From: an uncultured Acidobacteriaceae bacterium
Lineage (GTDB): Bacteria; Acidobacteriota; Terriglobia; Terriglobales; Acidobacteriaceae
NCBI GenBank assembly: GCA_964641665.1
Contig: CAZXKO010000038.1
Location: forward strand, 118,271-182,270
Length of the DNA stretch: 64,000 nucleotides
Reading direction: 5' to 3'
This document shows, in pieces, positions 10,152 through 20,135 of the stretch. The translations under genes were made by a program, and so were the position numbers. The notes below the pieces were generated by a model that was given only the letters and a program-made list of their open reading frames with translations, was not told where the DNA came from and made no database searches. Position 1 is the first letter of the stretch. Each line of letters starts with the position of its first letter.

Positions 10152-10385
10152 CACACCGTCCTCGAACAGGATCAATCAGGACTCGGTGTTTCGAATCCTA
10201 ATTACAAGACTGTAAACAGTAACGACTTGCGTACATAGATAACTGTAGGGCAATGACCCGTCGAGACACGGAAGTACATTTTTGTGGTTTTTGTCGACTG
10301 GAAGGTAACGACCGAAAAAGGGGCTCGCTCCGAAAACGGCGCTCCGCACGGGGTTTCAGGCGCGTCTGAGAGGGGAAGGGGTCCT

Positions 10386-11033
10386 TTAGCGGCGTTTTCT
10401 CGCGGGAGCTGCCGCCCTGGTTCTGCCCGCGATTTCGCGCGCGTTCTCGATGGTGAAATGCACTTTCTGCAGGGCATCGGGAGCGCTGGCCCCGTTCCGG
10501 GAGCGCTGGATGCGCAGCAGGGCCCGGTCGACCACGCGAGCGAGTTCGGAGCTATAGTCCGGCGTCCGGTCCTGCCGCAAGCGCCGCTTGGCCTTGTCGG
10601 CCGTGAACCAGGTGGGATTGCGATCCGATTCCTGGGGCGGTCCCAGCCACAACACCTCACACAGATGAGCGTTGACGGCGATCTCTGGAGTTGCCGCGTC
10701 TGCGGGGTTACCACGCTTACGCCGCACGTAGCGGGTGAACGAGGCCTCTTCCATCCGGCCATGAACTCCGGCTTCTTCGAAGGCTTCGAGGGCGGCGGCC
10801 TGGGCGTGAGTCAGGCCCGGTTCGGCGCTGCCTTTGGGAAACGTCCAGCGCCCGCCACGCGTCTGCACCAGCAGAAATTCGATGCTGCCTCCGCGAACCC
10901 GGTAGCACACCGCGGCGACCTGCTCGCAGCCGCGCATCCGGCGCAGCTGTGAGGGCGCAATAAACTTGGTGGACGGCTGATAGCTTCGGGGACGGGACCA
11001 GCCGGTGATCAGACGCCATTCTCCAGCGCTCAT
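10386..11033 (-). CDS. NUDIX hydrolase
   Basis: Nudix box GSAEPGLTHAQAAALEAFEEAGV. Alternative start at 10937 (MRGCEQVAAV). Confidence 0.85.
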   Translation of the reverse strand: MSAGEWRLITGWSRPRSYQPSTKFIAPSQLRRMRGCEQVAAVCYRVRGGSIEFLLVQTRGGRWTFPKGSAEPGLTHAQAAALEAFEEAGVHGRMEEASFTRYVRRKRGNPADAATPEIAVNAHLCEVLWLGPPQESDRNPTWFTADKAKRRLRQDRTPDYSSELARVVDRALLRIQRSRNGASAPDALQKVHFTIENAREIAGRTRAAAPARKRR

Positions 11034-11237
11034 AACACTAGAGTGCGGGATACGTCGCGGTTCTGACTAGAGCACAGCTTGGTTCGTGTGTGACTTTCAG
11101 GGGATGATCTCGGGATTAGTGCGCTGCGACCCGAAGCCTACGGGCCACCGAACTAGCTGCGGGAATCCGCGTACATACTTGCGTGTCAATACCGTGAGGA
11201 GACAGTATTTTCAGTGGCCGCAGCCCGGCCGCGAGGG

Positions 11238-11594
11238 ATGGCTCGCTTGGAAAACTGGTATTGTCTGCGCTGCAATCAGGAACTGGAGAGCAAACACAAA
11301 TCGGTGGCGGTCTACATGTTCGCGCAGACTGTGGGCATCAAGCCACGGCAAAAGTCCACCGCCCAGCGAATTTGTTTCTGCCCGCAATGTTCTGTCTCGC
11401 TGGCCATGGGGCCTCCGCCGGAAGGCGCTTTGAACATCGCTGCTTGGAACATGATCCGCGACCTGGTCGGCGCCGACCCGGCTCTGAACCAGGCGGCATG
11501 GGACAGCCTACGGGGAATTGTAGGTTCGTTGCCCAGTGGCGATGCCGACACCGGTCCTCGTCCCGCCGTGGGCGGCGCGTACTTCGAGTTCTGA
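11238..11594 (+). CDS. hypothetical protein with CxxC..CxxC zinc-ribbon-like motif
   Basis: MARLENWYCLRCNQ....CFCPQCS. The ORF is open from 11214. I recognise no family. Confidence 0.4.
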   Translation: MARLENWYCLRCNQELESKHKSVAVYMFAQTVGIKPRQKSTAQRICFCPQCSVSLAMGPPPEGALNIAAWNMIRDLVGADPALNQAAWDSLRGIVGSLPSGDADTGPRPAVGGAYFEF

Positions 11595-11675
11595 TGGAGC
11601 TGTTTGAGAGCCGTCTGACTCGCTAGGACGTTGAAATTTTTCAAGGGCCTGCGGGAAGCGGGCTTCTGGTGCATG

Positions 11676-12926
11676 CTAGGTCCTCGCCGTTGTCGTCAGC
11701 GCGCTGGGAGCAGCTTGTCCGCCGGAGGCTCCGTCGATCACCTTCTGAAGAACCTCCACGAAACGCTCCGTAATGACAGACCAATCGTATTGCCGGGCCG
11801 TTGCCGCTGCCGCTGCTTCGTAACGGCGCCGGAGCTCCGCATCCTGTAACAACTGGATGATCGCAGCGGCGAAAGCCGCAGGTGTGTCTTCGAGCAGGAT
11901 GTCACGACCGTGCTGCACGTCGAGTCCCTCGGCGCCGACGGTAGTGGAAACGGTAGCCTTGCCCATCGCCATGCCTTCATAGATCTTGATGCGGGTACCC
12001 CCGCCGATCCTTAACGGGACCACGACGACCGCGGCTTCGCGCAGGTGCTCGACGATCGACGGCACCGTACCCGTCACCTCCACCGAAGCGGAAGCGAGTT
12101 TCTTCACGCGTGGGTCAGGATCGCGGCCGATGATGCGGAAGCGCGCGGCGGGGATCTGGGCCAGCACCAGGGGCCAGATTTCGTGGCAGAAGAACTCGAC
12201 GCCGTCGATGTTCGGCCTCCAATCCATCGACCCGGTGAAGACCACCAGGGCGCTGGACGGGCGGGCGTTGGGATCGTACCGGTACTTGCTGAGATCGACC
12301 CCGGTGGGAACTACGCTGATGCGGGAGGGATTGACCATGGCGCTCATCGCCTGGCGGTCCGTTTCCGAAACGGCAATTACGTGATGGAAGCGGCGGACCT
12401 GCTCGTGTTCGAAGCGCCGCATCTTGGCGTATTCGACTTTCGCCACGGACCGGTCGAGCCACTTCTCTTCGAATTCCGCCCTGCGCTGCCAGAGAACGCT
12501 CTCCACGTTGTGCTGGAACAGAATGGTAGGGGTGGCCAGGCGATCGGGGAAGTTCAGTGTGCTGGAGAGAAAATCACAGACGGCGACATCGAAGCGCCGC
12601 TGCGGCATCCAGCCGCGCAAGAGTTCTTGGACCTGAGGCGCCGCGAACTGACTGACGGCGTACGGAGCATGCAGAGGCAGACGCCGCAAATAGTCGACAT
12701 AGCGCGCCAGGGGTGACGAAGGTCGCTTCGAGGTGGGAACAGAAACCGTACCGGGCAGATGACCTAGAACTTCGCGCTCGTAGGCCTCATCGCGCTCGCC
12801 GCCGTAGTACGAGAGGTACGTCAGTTCCTGCGTCGCGGTGAGATGGCGCAGGATGTTGTAAGTGCGCAGCTTGCCGCCCGTGTCGAGCGGAAGCAGCTTG
12901 CCGGGCTTGACCCAGAGAATCTTCAC
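11676..12926 (-). CDS. glycosyltransferase family 4
   Basis: 416-aa ORF with GT-B architecture. N-terminus MKILWVKPGKLLPLDTGGKLRTYNILRHL resembles EPS-locus sugar transferases. Confidence 0.85.
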   Translation of the reverse strand: MKILWVKPGKLLPLDTGGKLRTYNILRHLTATQELTYLSYYGGERDEAYEREVLGHLPGTVSVPTSKRPSSPLARYVDYLRRLPLHAPYAVSQFAAPQVQELLRGWMPQRRFDVAVCDFLSSTLNFPDRLATPTILFQHNVESVLWQRRAEFEEKWLDRSVAKVEYAKMRRFEHEQVRRFHHVIAVSETDRQAMSAMVNPSRISVVPTGVDLSKYRYDPNARPSSALVVFTGSMDWRPNIDGVEFFCHEIWPLVLAQIPAARFRIIGRDPDPRVKKLASASVEVTGTVPSIVEHLREAAVVVVPLRIGGGTRIKIYEGMAMGKATVSTTVGAEGLDVQHGRDILLEDTPAAFAAAIIQLLQDAELRRRYEAAAAATARQYDWSVITERFVEVLQKVIDGASGGQAAPSALTTTART

Positions 12927-12932
12927 AGGCGC

Positions 12933-14258
12933 CTACCAGCACATGCCTTCGTAGGGCCCGGTCGTCTCGATGCGGCGGGCTTTCTCAAGGTTGACGAGGT
13001 CGATCACGACTTGGCCGGGCCGGATCTGGCGGCTCAAAGTGGCCCTGTCGATGCCCCTGGTGCCGATCACGACGACCTCCGCTTGCGCCAGCGCAGTCTC
13101 GAGATCCGGGCAGAGCAGTGAGCCGATGTGAGGGATGACCTCCTCGATGTACTGGCGGTTCGAACCGATGAGCTGGCCGAGAGAAACGTTGTCGTCCCAA
13201 ATCTTGAGATCGCGGCCCTCGCCCAGCAGGCGCTTGGCGAGTTGCACCTGGGGACTTTCACGCAAATCGTCGGTGGCGGCTTTGAAGCTCAGCCCGAGCA
13301 GCGCGATTTTCTTCATGCCGGTGCCGAGTACCATTTCGACGGCCCGCTCCAGGTGCTCCTCGTTGCTCGGCATGATCGATTGGAACAGCGGCAGGTTCAA
13401 GTCCAGCTCTTTGGCGCGGTAGTTCAGGGCACGCACATCTTTCGGAAGGCACGAACCGCCGAACGCAAATCCCGGCTTCAGGTAGGTGGGTGAGATATTG
13501 AGCTTGGTGTCGGCAGTGAAGATTTCGACCACCGATTCGGCGTCGACTCCCATCTCTTTCGCCAACGTGCCGATTTCATTGGCGAATGACACTTTCACGG
13601 CGTGCCATGCGTTACAGACATACTTCGTCATCTCCGCGGAGCGGAACGAAGTCTCGAAGATTCGTCCCGGCGCCCACTTGTAGATCGCGCGCAGCAAGCC
13701 GCTGTGGTAGGGGTCGCCGGCGCCGATGATCGTCATCGCGGGCTCTAGGAAGTCGGACACCGCGGTGCCTTCGCGCATGAATTCGGGATTCACACAAACA
13801 CCGAAGTCCTTACCCATTTTCTTCCCGCTGGCTTTTTCCAGCGCGGGGATGACAATTGTCTCGGCCGTACCCGGCAGAACTGTGCTGCGCAGGACGACCA
13901 AATGAAACGCGTCTTTTTTCTTCAGCACCTTGCCAATGGCGTGGCAGACGGGTTCGATGCTCCCCAGGTCGAGTTTGCCGTTGCGCAGGCTGGGCGTGCC
14001 CACGCACAGGAAAGAGATTTCGGAATTCATGACAGCGGTTTCGGAATCGGAAGTGGCGTCCAACCGCTGGGCTTTGTGCGCATCGGAAATGAGGGTGCCC
14101 ACCCGGGGTTCGACGATCGGGCTGCGCCCCGCCGCCATCGCTTCTACCTTAGTGGGACTAAGGTCGACGCCGATAACGTTGTGTCCCATGTGCGCAAGGC
14201 AGGCCGCTGTCACGGTGCCGACATATCCAAGACCGAAGACGCTAATCGAACGGCTCAT
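12933..14258 (-). CDS. nucleotide-sugar 6-dehydrogenase (UDP-glucose/GDP-mannose dehydrogenase family, AlgD-like N-terminus)
   Basis: Rossmann FGLGYVGTVTAACLA; catalytic-Cys motif GGSCLPKD; 441 aa. Confidence 0.9.
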   Translation of the reverse strand: MSRSISVFGLGYVGTVTAACLAHMGHNVIGVDLSPTKVEAMAAGRSPIVEPRVGTLISDAHKAQRLDATSDSETAVMNSEISFLCVGTPSLRNGKLDLGSIEPVCHAIGKVLKKKDAFHLVVLRSTVLPGTAETIVIPALEKASGKKMGKDFGVCVNPEFMREGTAVSDFLEPAMTIIGAGDPYHSGLLRAIYKWAPGRIFETSFRSAEMTKYVCNAWHAVKVSFANEIGTLAKEMGVDAESVVEIFTADTKLNISPTYLKPGFAFGGSCLPKDVRALNYRAKELDLNLPLFQSIMPSNEEHLERAVEMVLGTGMKKIALLGLSFKAATDDLRESPQVQLAKRLLGEGRDLKIWDDNVSLGQLIGSNRQYIEEVIPHIGSLLCPDLETALAQAEVVVIGTRGIDRATLSRQIRPGQVVIDLVNLEKARRIETTGPYEGMCW

Positions 14259-14565
14259 GCGAGTTGGTCGTCCCTTTCAGCAAACGGTAAATGACAATGG
14301 ATTTCAGTTGAATCTCTGAGTCACCCGAGCCTTCACGCCGAAGTGTCCGCGCCCCCCGGCGGGTGTTCGCTTCCCAGGCCTAACATTCGGTGCGTGAATC
14401 ACATACGAGGGCTCTCGCCGACGCCAGTCAGACCCGGGTGATTCCATTCTCTGTGGCCGCAAACATCCGCTACTATTTAACACGCAGGGGGTAAGCTTTG
14501 GAAAGGACATTGCTCCACTCTTTAGTAACTAAGTCGAAGCTTTTCAATAGGATGACATCGGTACA

Positions 14566-15780
14566 ATGGATGGGATGAGGGACGCGCCAGCGGCGGATCT
14601 GGGAACGGCCGAAGAGCTTCGCATGCCTGCGTCCCTCCGCGTGCGCCGCAAAGTTTTCTATCTGCTCGATTCTCTCGAAATTGGCGGAACGGAGACGCAG
14701 GCGGTCGAGTTGGCGTTGCGCCTGCCGGCTCACGAGTACGAGATCACGTTGGGATGTTTGCGACTGCAGGGCCCGCTCCTTGCCCGGTTCCGTGGATCCG
14801 GGGTGAGGGTCCAGGAATTTCATCCCAGGGGCGGGATCGATTCGCCGGCGGGCCTCTATCAACTTTTGCGGCTGGCGGTGTTTCTGCGGCGGCAGAGATT
14901 CGACGTGGTGCACACCCACGATCTTTGGTCGAACGTCATGGGCGTTCCGGCGGCGCGGCTGGCGGGCGTACCGGCCATTATTTCGAGCCGGCGGGATCTG
15001 GCGCACTTCGACTGGTACGAGGGGAAACGGCGGGTGTGGCTGCGGCGGATCCAGAACCTCTCGAACGTGGTGCTCGCGAACGCGACGCCGATCCGCGACG
15101 CCCTGGTTGCGGAAGATGGTTTCGCGCCCGAGAAACTGCGGGTCATTCACAACGGTGTGGACACCGAGAAATTCCAGCGCGGGAAGCGGGATCGGGAGCG
15201 GCTGGTTCCGGGCGCCGGGGACGGGAAGCTGGTAGTGCTGGTCGGAAACATGCACAGCGACGTGAAGGGGCACCCATGGCTGATTGCGGCAGCGCCCGCC
15301 GTGGTGCGGGAGTTCCCCAAGACGCGATTTGTTTTTGCGGGCGATGGAGAATCACGAGGGACGTTCCAGCAACAGGTGGCCGGGTTGGGCTTACAGCAGA
15401 GCTTTGTGTTTCTGGGACGGAGAGACGACATTCCCGACGTACTGGCCAGTTGCGACATCGCACTACTTCCGTCGAAGGCAGAAGGGCTGCCGAATGCAGT
15501 GCTGGAATATATGGCGGCAGGGTTGCCGACGATCGCGAGCCGGGTGGGGGGCAACGCAGAGCTGGTGCAGGATGGGGTGACGGGATTGCTGGTTCCGGCA
15601 CAGGATTCGGAAGCGCTGTCGAATGCTCTACTGTGGTTATTGCGGGATTCGGAGTTGTCGCAAAGGATCGCGTCCGAAGGGCGACGGCTGGCGACCGAGG
15701 GTTTCAGCTTCGAACGACTGGTCCGGGAAACGGACGAACTCTACACGGAACTTCTGGAGCAGCGCGAAGGCAGACGATAG
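14566..15780 (+). CDS. glycosyltransferase family 4
   Basis: 404-aa ORF. VFYLLDSLEIGGTETQ N-terminus and C-terminal EGLPNAVLEYMAAGLP (GT4 E-x7-E region). Confidence 0.85.
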   Translation: MDGMRDAPAADLGTAEELRMPASLRVRRKVFYLLDSLEIGGTETQAVELALRLPAHEYEITLGCLRLQGPLLARFRGSGVRVQEFHPRGGIDSPAGLYQLLRLAVFLRRQRFDVVHTHDLWSNVMGVPAARLAGVPAIISSRRDLAHFDWYEGKRRVWLRRIQNLSNVVLANATPIRDALVAEDGFAPEKLRVIHNGVDTEKFQRGKRDRERLVPGAGDGKLVVLVGNMHSDVKGHPWLIAAAPAVVREFPKTRFVFAGDGESRGTFQQQVAGLGLQQSFVFLGRRDDIPDVLASCDIALLPSKAEGLPNAVLEYMAAGLPTIASRVGGNAELVQDGVTGLLVPAQDSEALSNALLWLLRDSELSQRIASEGRRLATEGFSFERLVRETDELYTELLEQREGRR

Positions 15781-15783
15781 GCG

Positions 15784-18153
15784 ATGGCGAAGACATCCCA
15801 ATGGGCGCGTCGCATGGCTCGGCTGCGGTCGATGAGCGGGGAGGAACTCTTCGATCGGGTGCGGCAGCAGGTTACGGCGCGAATCGATGCGATGCGTTGC
15901 AAGAGGGGACATGACCTTGCCGGAGAACTTCCTGAGAGCTTGGGTGTAGGGGGACGATTTTTCTTCACGCAGTCCGAGGTTGAAGGGCTATGCAAGGTGC
16001 TGAAGCAGCAGTTTCCGGCTGCGGCGGCGGACATCGTGGCGCGGGCGAGGCGGATTTTGCGGCACCGGTTCGATTTATTGGGGTACGAAAATCTGGACTA
16101 TGGCGCAGAGATCGATTGGCACCTGGACCCGGTACATGGCAACCGGGGCCCGACGAAGCCATGGTTCAAGGTCAACTACCTGGACTTCGAGGAAGTGGGG
16201 GACTCGAAGATCACCTGGGAACTGAACCGGCACCAGCATCTGGTGACGCTGGCAAAGGCCTACCGGCTGACGGGGGATGACAGGTTTGCACACGAGCTGG
16301 TTGCGCAGTGGCAACACTGGCAAAAGGCAAATCCATATCCCATCGGGATGAACTGGGCGAGCAGCCTAGAAGTGGCATTCCGGAGTCTGTCGTGGATATG
16401 GGTGTACTTCCTACTGGGAGACAGCCAGGTGATGACGGCCGAATTGCGCCGGCAGTGGATGCGGGCGTTGGTGTTCAGCGGACGGCACGTCGAAGCTTAC
16501 CTTTCAACTTATTTTTCGCCGAACACCCATCTGCTGGGGGAGGCGGTGGCGCTGTTCTTTCTGGGCACGCTATTTCCGCAGTTGCGGAGGGCCGCCCGCT
16601 GGAAGCAGCGGGGATGGGAGATTGTGCTGCACTCGGCGGCGACGCAGGTTCGGGGCGACGGGTTTTATTTCGAGCAGTCGACCTACTATCACGTGTATGC
16701 GTTGGATCTGTTCCTGCATGCGCGCACGCTGGCGGCCGTGAACGATGTTGCCATATCGGCGGCGTTCGACGCGGTGATCCTCAAGATGCTCGATGCCTTG
16801 TGCCTGCTGGGCAGAGGCGGGGTTGTGGCGAGGCTGGGCGACGACGATGGCGGGCGCGTGTTTGACTCCCGGCGCAACCGGGCGGAGCACATGCTGGACC
16901 CGCTCAGTACGGGAGCGGTCTTGTTTGGGCGGGGAGACTACAAGTTCGTTGTGGGAGCACTGCGAGAAGAGACGCTGTGGTTGCTGGGGACGCGAGGACT
17001 GCGCGAGTTCGAAGAACTCAAGAGCAGCGAACCGTCGGTGGCGTCGGCTGCTTTGCGGGAGAGCGGCCTTTACCTGATGGCGGACGCAGAGACCGGGCAG
17101 CAGTTGACCATTGATGCCGGGCCACACGGCCCAGGGCACGGGCACGCGGATGCCTTGAGCCTGAGCCTGGTGCGAAACGGCCGTGTACTGCTCATGGATC
17201 CAGGGACGTATGAGTACGCGGGGCTGGGTGAGGAAAGGGCGCGATATCGTGGAACCGGGGCGCACAACACGATGCGAGTAGATGGGTTGGATCAAGCGGA
17301 AGGTGCAGGCCCGTTTGGCTGGGCGAACCCGCCCAGTGTGTGCGCAGAACGCTGGGTGGCGGCACAACAATTTGATTTGTTGGCCGGCCGTCATGATGGG
17401 TATTCGCGCTTAACGGAACCGGTCGAGCACCAGCGCTGGGTGTTTCATCGCAAGGGGCAGTTCTGGCTGGTGCGGGACGTGGCGACTGGGCAGGGAAAGC
17501 ATCTACTGGAGTTGACGTGGCACCTGGGGCCGGCGCTGTCACCGGTTTCGACCAAAGATAATTTGTTTGCCGACGGGCCGGACACTCTTGGTCTGGTCAC
17601 GGTGGAGGGGCACGGGTGGTGGCAGAGCGGTGACCGGGGCAACTGGTCTCCGGTGTACGGACGCGCGGAGCGCGCGACGGTGCTTACCTTCGGCTCGACG
17701 ACGGGATTGCCTGCCGAGTTTGTAACGCTGCTGGTGCCGGATGCAAGTTTGCACGCGGGGATAGGACGGCTAGAGCGAGTGGCGAGTGGCGCGGCGGTCC
17801 ACGGCTACCGGTACACGCGGGAAGGGCAGGAGCACCAGTTTTTCTTCGCGAACGCAGAAGGTGCATGGAGGCTGGGGAACTGGACGAGTGACGCGCGTTT
17901 TCTCTACTGGTCGTGGGATCGGGGACGAGATTTGCGTGTCCTCGTTCTGTGTGGGGGTGCGTATGCGGAGATCGGAGGCTCGCGGGTGGTCACGAGTGAG
18001 ACAGCGGTGGATTACGCTGAGGTGGTGAGTGCCGCCGGCAAGACAGAATTGTTTTCCTCTGCTCCGGAGCAGGTGACTCTGCGGGAATCGCTGGATCGAG
18101 TGGAGATGGAATTCGCGGCGTTGAACAATGACCTGAAACGGACGGGCATGTAG
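15784..18153 (+). CDS. heparinase II/III-family (alginate-lyase-like) protein
   Basis: 789-aa ORF. WELNRHQHLVTLAKAYRLTGDDRF...NWASSLEVAFRSLSWIW is characteristic of the heparinase II/III family. Starts 3 nt after the upstream GT4. Confidence 0.8.
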   Translation: MAKTSQWARRMARLRSMSGEELFDRVRQQVTARIDAMRCKRGHDLAGELPESLGVGGRFFFTQSEVEGLCKVLKQQFPAAAADIVARARRILRHRFDLLGYENLDYGAEIDWHLDPVHGNRGPTKPWFKVNYLDFEEVGDSKITWELNRHQHLVTLAKAYRLTGDDRFAHELVAQWQHWQKANPYPIGMNWASSLEVAFRSLSWIWVYFLLGDSQVMTAELRRQWMRALVFSGRHVEAYLSTYFSPNTHLLGEAVALFFLGTLFPQLRRAARWKQRGWEIVLHSAATQVRGDGFYFEQSTYYHVYALDLFLHARTLAAVNDVAISAAFDAVILKMLDALCLLGRGGVVARLGDDDGGRVFDSRRNRAEHMLDPLSTGAVLFGRGDYKFVVGALREETLWLLGTRGLREFEELKSSEPSVASAALRESGLYLMADAETGQQLTIDAGPHGPGHGHADALSLSLVRNGRVLLMDPGTYEYAGLGEERARYRGTGAHNTMRVDGLDQAEGAGPFGWANPPSVCAERWVAAQQFDLLAGRHDGYSRLTEPVEHQRWVFHRKGQFWLVRDVATGQGKHLLELTWHLGPALSPVSTKDNLFADGPDTLGLVTVEGHGWWQSGDRGNWSPVYGRAERATVLTFGSTTGLPAEFVTLLVPDASLHAGIGRLERVASGAAVHGYRYTREGQEHQFFFANAEGAWRLGNWTSDARFLYWSWDRGRDLRVLVLCGGAYAEIGGSRVVTSETAVDYAEVVSAAGKTELFSSAPEQVTLRESLDRVEMEFAALNNDLKRTGM

Positions 18154-18155
18154 TC

Positions 18156-20096
18156 ATGTGTGGAATCTGCGGAATCTTTTATATCGACCGGGCGCGGCGG
18201 GTGGAGCGGGAAACGCTGGCGGAGATGAACCAGCGGATCGTACACCGGGGGCCCGATGACGACGGCTTCCTGGTGGAGGGGAATGTCGGGCTGGCGATGC
18301 GCCGCTTGAGCATCATCGACATTCGAACCGGGCACCAGCCGATCGCGAATGAGGATGAGAACCTCTGGATCGTCTATAACGGCGAACTCTACAACCACCA
18401 GGAACTGCGCAAGGATCTGGAGAAGCGGGGGCACCGCTACCGCACCAAGAGCGACACGGAGACGATTGTCCACCTGTACGAGGAGTACGGGCGCGACTGC
18501 GTGAAGTACCTGCGTGGCATGTTCGCGTTTGCGATCTGGGACCGGCCGAAACGGCAGTTGTTCATCGCGCGCGACCGGCTGGGGATTAAGCCTCTTTACT
18601 ACCGCTACGACGGGAAAACACTGCTGTTTGGTTCCGAGATCAAGGCGATTCTCGCCTACCCCGTCGTGAAGGCAGAGTTTAACCGGGGCGCGCTCGCGGA
18701 GTACCTGGCGTTCGGGTACGTCGCAGGGGCAGAGACGATGTACGGCGGGATTCAGAAACTCCTGCCCGGGCACACGCTCGAACTCGATGAACGGAGCGAG
18801 ATGAAGGTGTCGCGCTATTGGGATCTGGAGGTCAGGGGCGACGAGGGGACACAACCCCGCAGTCACTACGTCGAACGGTATCGGGAATTGCTGGAAAGCT
18901 GCGTTTCCAGCCACCTGATGAGCGATGTGCCGCTGGGTGTGTTCCTGAGCGGCGGTCTGGATTCGAGCGTGGTGGCGGCTTTGACGACCAAGATCCGCAA
19001 GGAGCCGATTGAGACCTTCGCGGTCGGGTACGGGGAAGCAGCGTTCAGCGAGCTTCCGTTTGCGCGCGCGGTGGCAAAGCACATTGGGTCGAAGCACCAC
19101 GAAGTGCGGTTGAGCCGTGAAGAATTCTTCCAGACATTGCCGCGTTTAATCTGGCACGAAGATGAGCCGATCGTATGGCCGTCGAGCGTCTCGCTGTATT
19201 TTGTGGCGCGGCTGGCGCGCGAGCGAGTGACGGTGGTGCTGACGGGAGAGGGCAGCGACGAGACCCTGGCAGGCTACACGCGTTACCCGTGGACGTTGCT
19301 CAATTCACGCCTGGACGGGGTTTACCGGGCTGTGACCCCGGACGTGCTACGGCGAATGGTGCGCAGCGGAATACGGGGCGGGCCGTTGCCGGCGGCGTTG
19401 CACCGCAAGCTGGAACACACGTTCTTGGGGCGGGATGGGGCATCCTGGCCATCATTTTATTTCGACAATTTCTATTCGGCCTTTTCAGGGGCGGAGCAGG
19501 ATGAGCTGTTGACGGCGGATGCGAAGCGGCGCGGGGGCGATCCCTATGCGGGATCGATGCAATACTGGAATGCCTCGTCGGGCGATCTGCTGCACCGGCT
19601 GCTCTACACCGACATCAAGACGTATCTGGTGGAGTTGCTGATGAAGCAGGACCAGATGAGCATGGCGGCTTCCATCGAAAGCCGGGTGCCGTTTCTGGAT
19701 CACGAGCTGGTGGAGTTCACGGCCACGATTCCTGCGAGATACGAGGTGGAAGGTCTGGCGGGAAAATTCATTCTGAAATTGGCGGTGGAGGATCTGCTTC
19801 CGCGCGAAATCGTGTACCGGCAGAAGATGGGATTTCCGACACCGTGGGCCTACTGGCTGGCAGGGCCGCAGCTGGAGGCCCTGGAACAATTACTGCTCGA
19901 ACCGCGGACGGTCGAGCGGGGGCACTTCCGCGCGGAGATCGTCAAACGACTTTTTGCGGAGCACCGGGCGGGGCGTCGCGATCACGGGAACCGTATTTGG
20001 CGGCTGCTGAACCTGGAACTCTGGCAACGAGTGTGCCTGGAGGGAGAATCGGTTGACGAAGCTGCGCAACCGCAGAATGCAGTCGCCTTGCGATGA
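18156..20096 (+). CDS. asnB: asparagine synthase (glutamine-hydrolysing)-family amidotransferase
   Basis: N-terminal nucleophile MCGI; PP-loop FLSGGLDSS; 646 aa. Starts 2 nt after the heparinase-like gene. Confidence 0.9.
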   Translation: MCGICGIFYIDRARRVERETLAEMNQRIVHRGPDDDGFLVEGNVGLAMRRLSIIDIRTGHQPIANEDENLWIVYNGELYNHQELRKDLEKRGHRYRTKSDTETIVHLYEEYGRDCVKYLRGMFAFAIWDRPKRQLFIARDRLGIKPLYYRYDGKTLLFGSEIKAILAYPVVKAEFNRGALAEYLAFGYVAGAETMYGGIQKLLPGHTLELDERSEMKVSRYWDLEVRGDEGTQPRSHYVERYRELLESCVSSHLMSDVPLGVFLSGGLDSSVVAALTTKIRKEPIETFAVGYGEAAFSELPFARAVAKHIGSKHHEVRLSREEFFQTLPRLIWHEDEPIVWPSSVSLYFVARLARERVTVVLTGEGSDETLAGYTRYPWTLLNSRLDGVYRAVTPDVLRRMVRSGIRGGPLPAALHRKLEHTFLGRDGASWPSFYFDNFYSAFSGAEQDELLTADAKRRGGDPYAGSMQYWNASSGDLLHRLLYTDIKTYLVELLMKQDQMSMAASIESRVPFLDHELVEFTATIPARYEVEGLAGKFILKLAVEDLLPREIVYRQKMGFPTPWAYWLAGPQLEALEQLLLEPRTVERGHFRAEIVKRLFAEHRAGRRDHGNRIWRLLNLELWQRVCLEGESVDEAAQPQNAVALR

Positions 20097-20135
20097 CGTT
20101 TCCGCTTTTGAACCCATGAGAGTAGGTGGCTGAAA

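Noticed and set aside
10185-10198. tRNA T-arm-like string ggtgtttcgaatcc downstream of the Ig/beta-helix gene start.
   Set aside because: It does not match GGTTCGAATCC, and I could not fold the flanking ~75 nt into acceptor, D or anticodon arms.
12933-14258. Alginate-type pathway: an AlgD-like dehydrogenase plus beta-helix proteins as AlgG-type epimerases and PilZ as an Alg44-like receptor.
   Set aside because: No Alg8-type synthase, Alg44, AlgK/E/X/L or other alginate-specific genes are in the window. The locus is Wzx/GT4-based. The dehydrogenase substrate cannot be assigned from sequence by eye.
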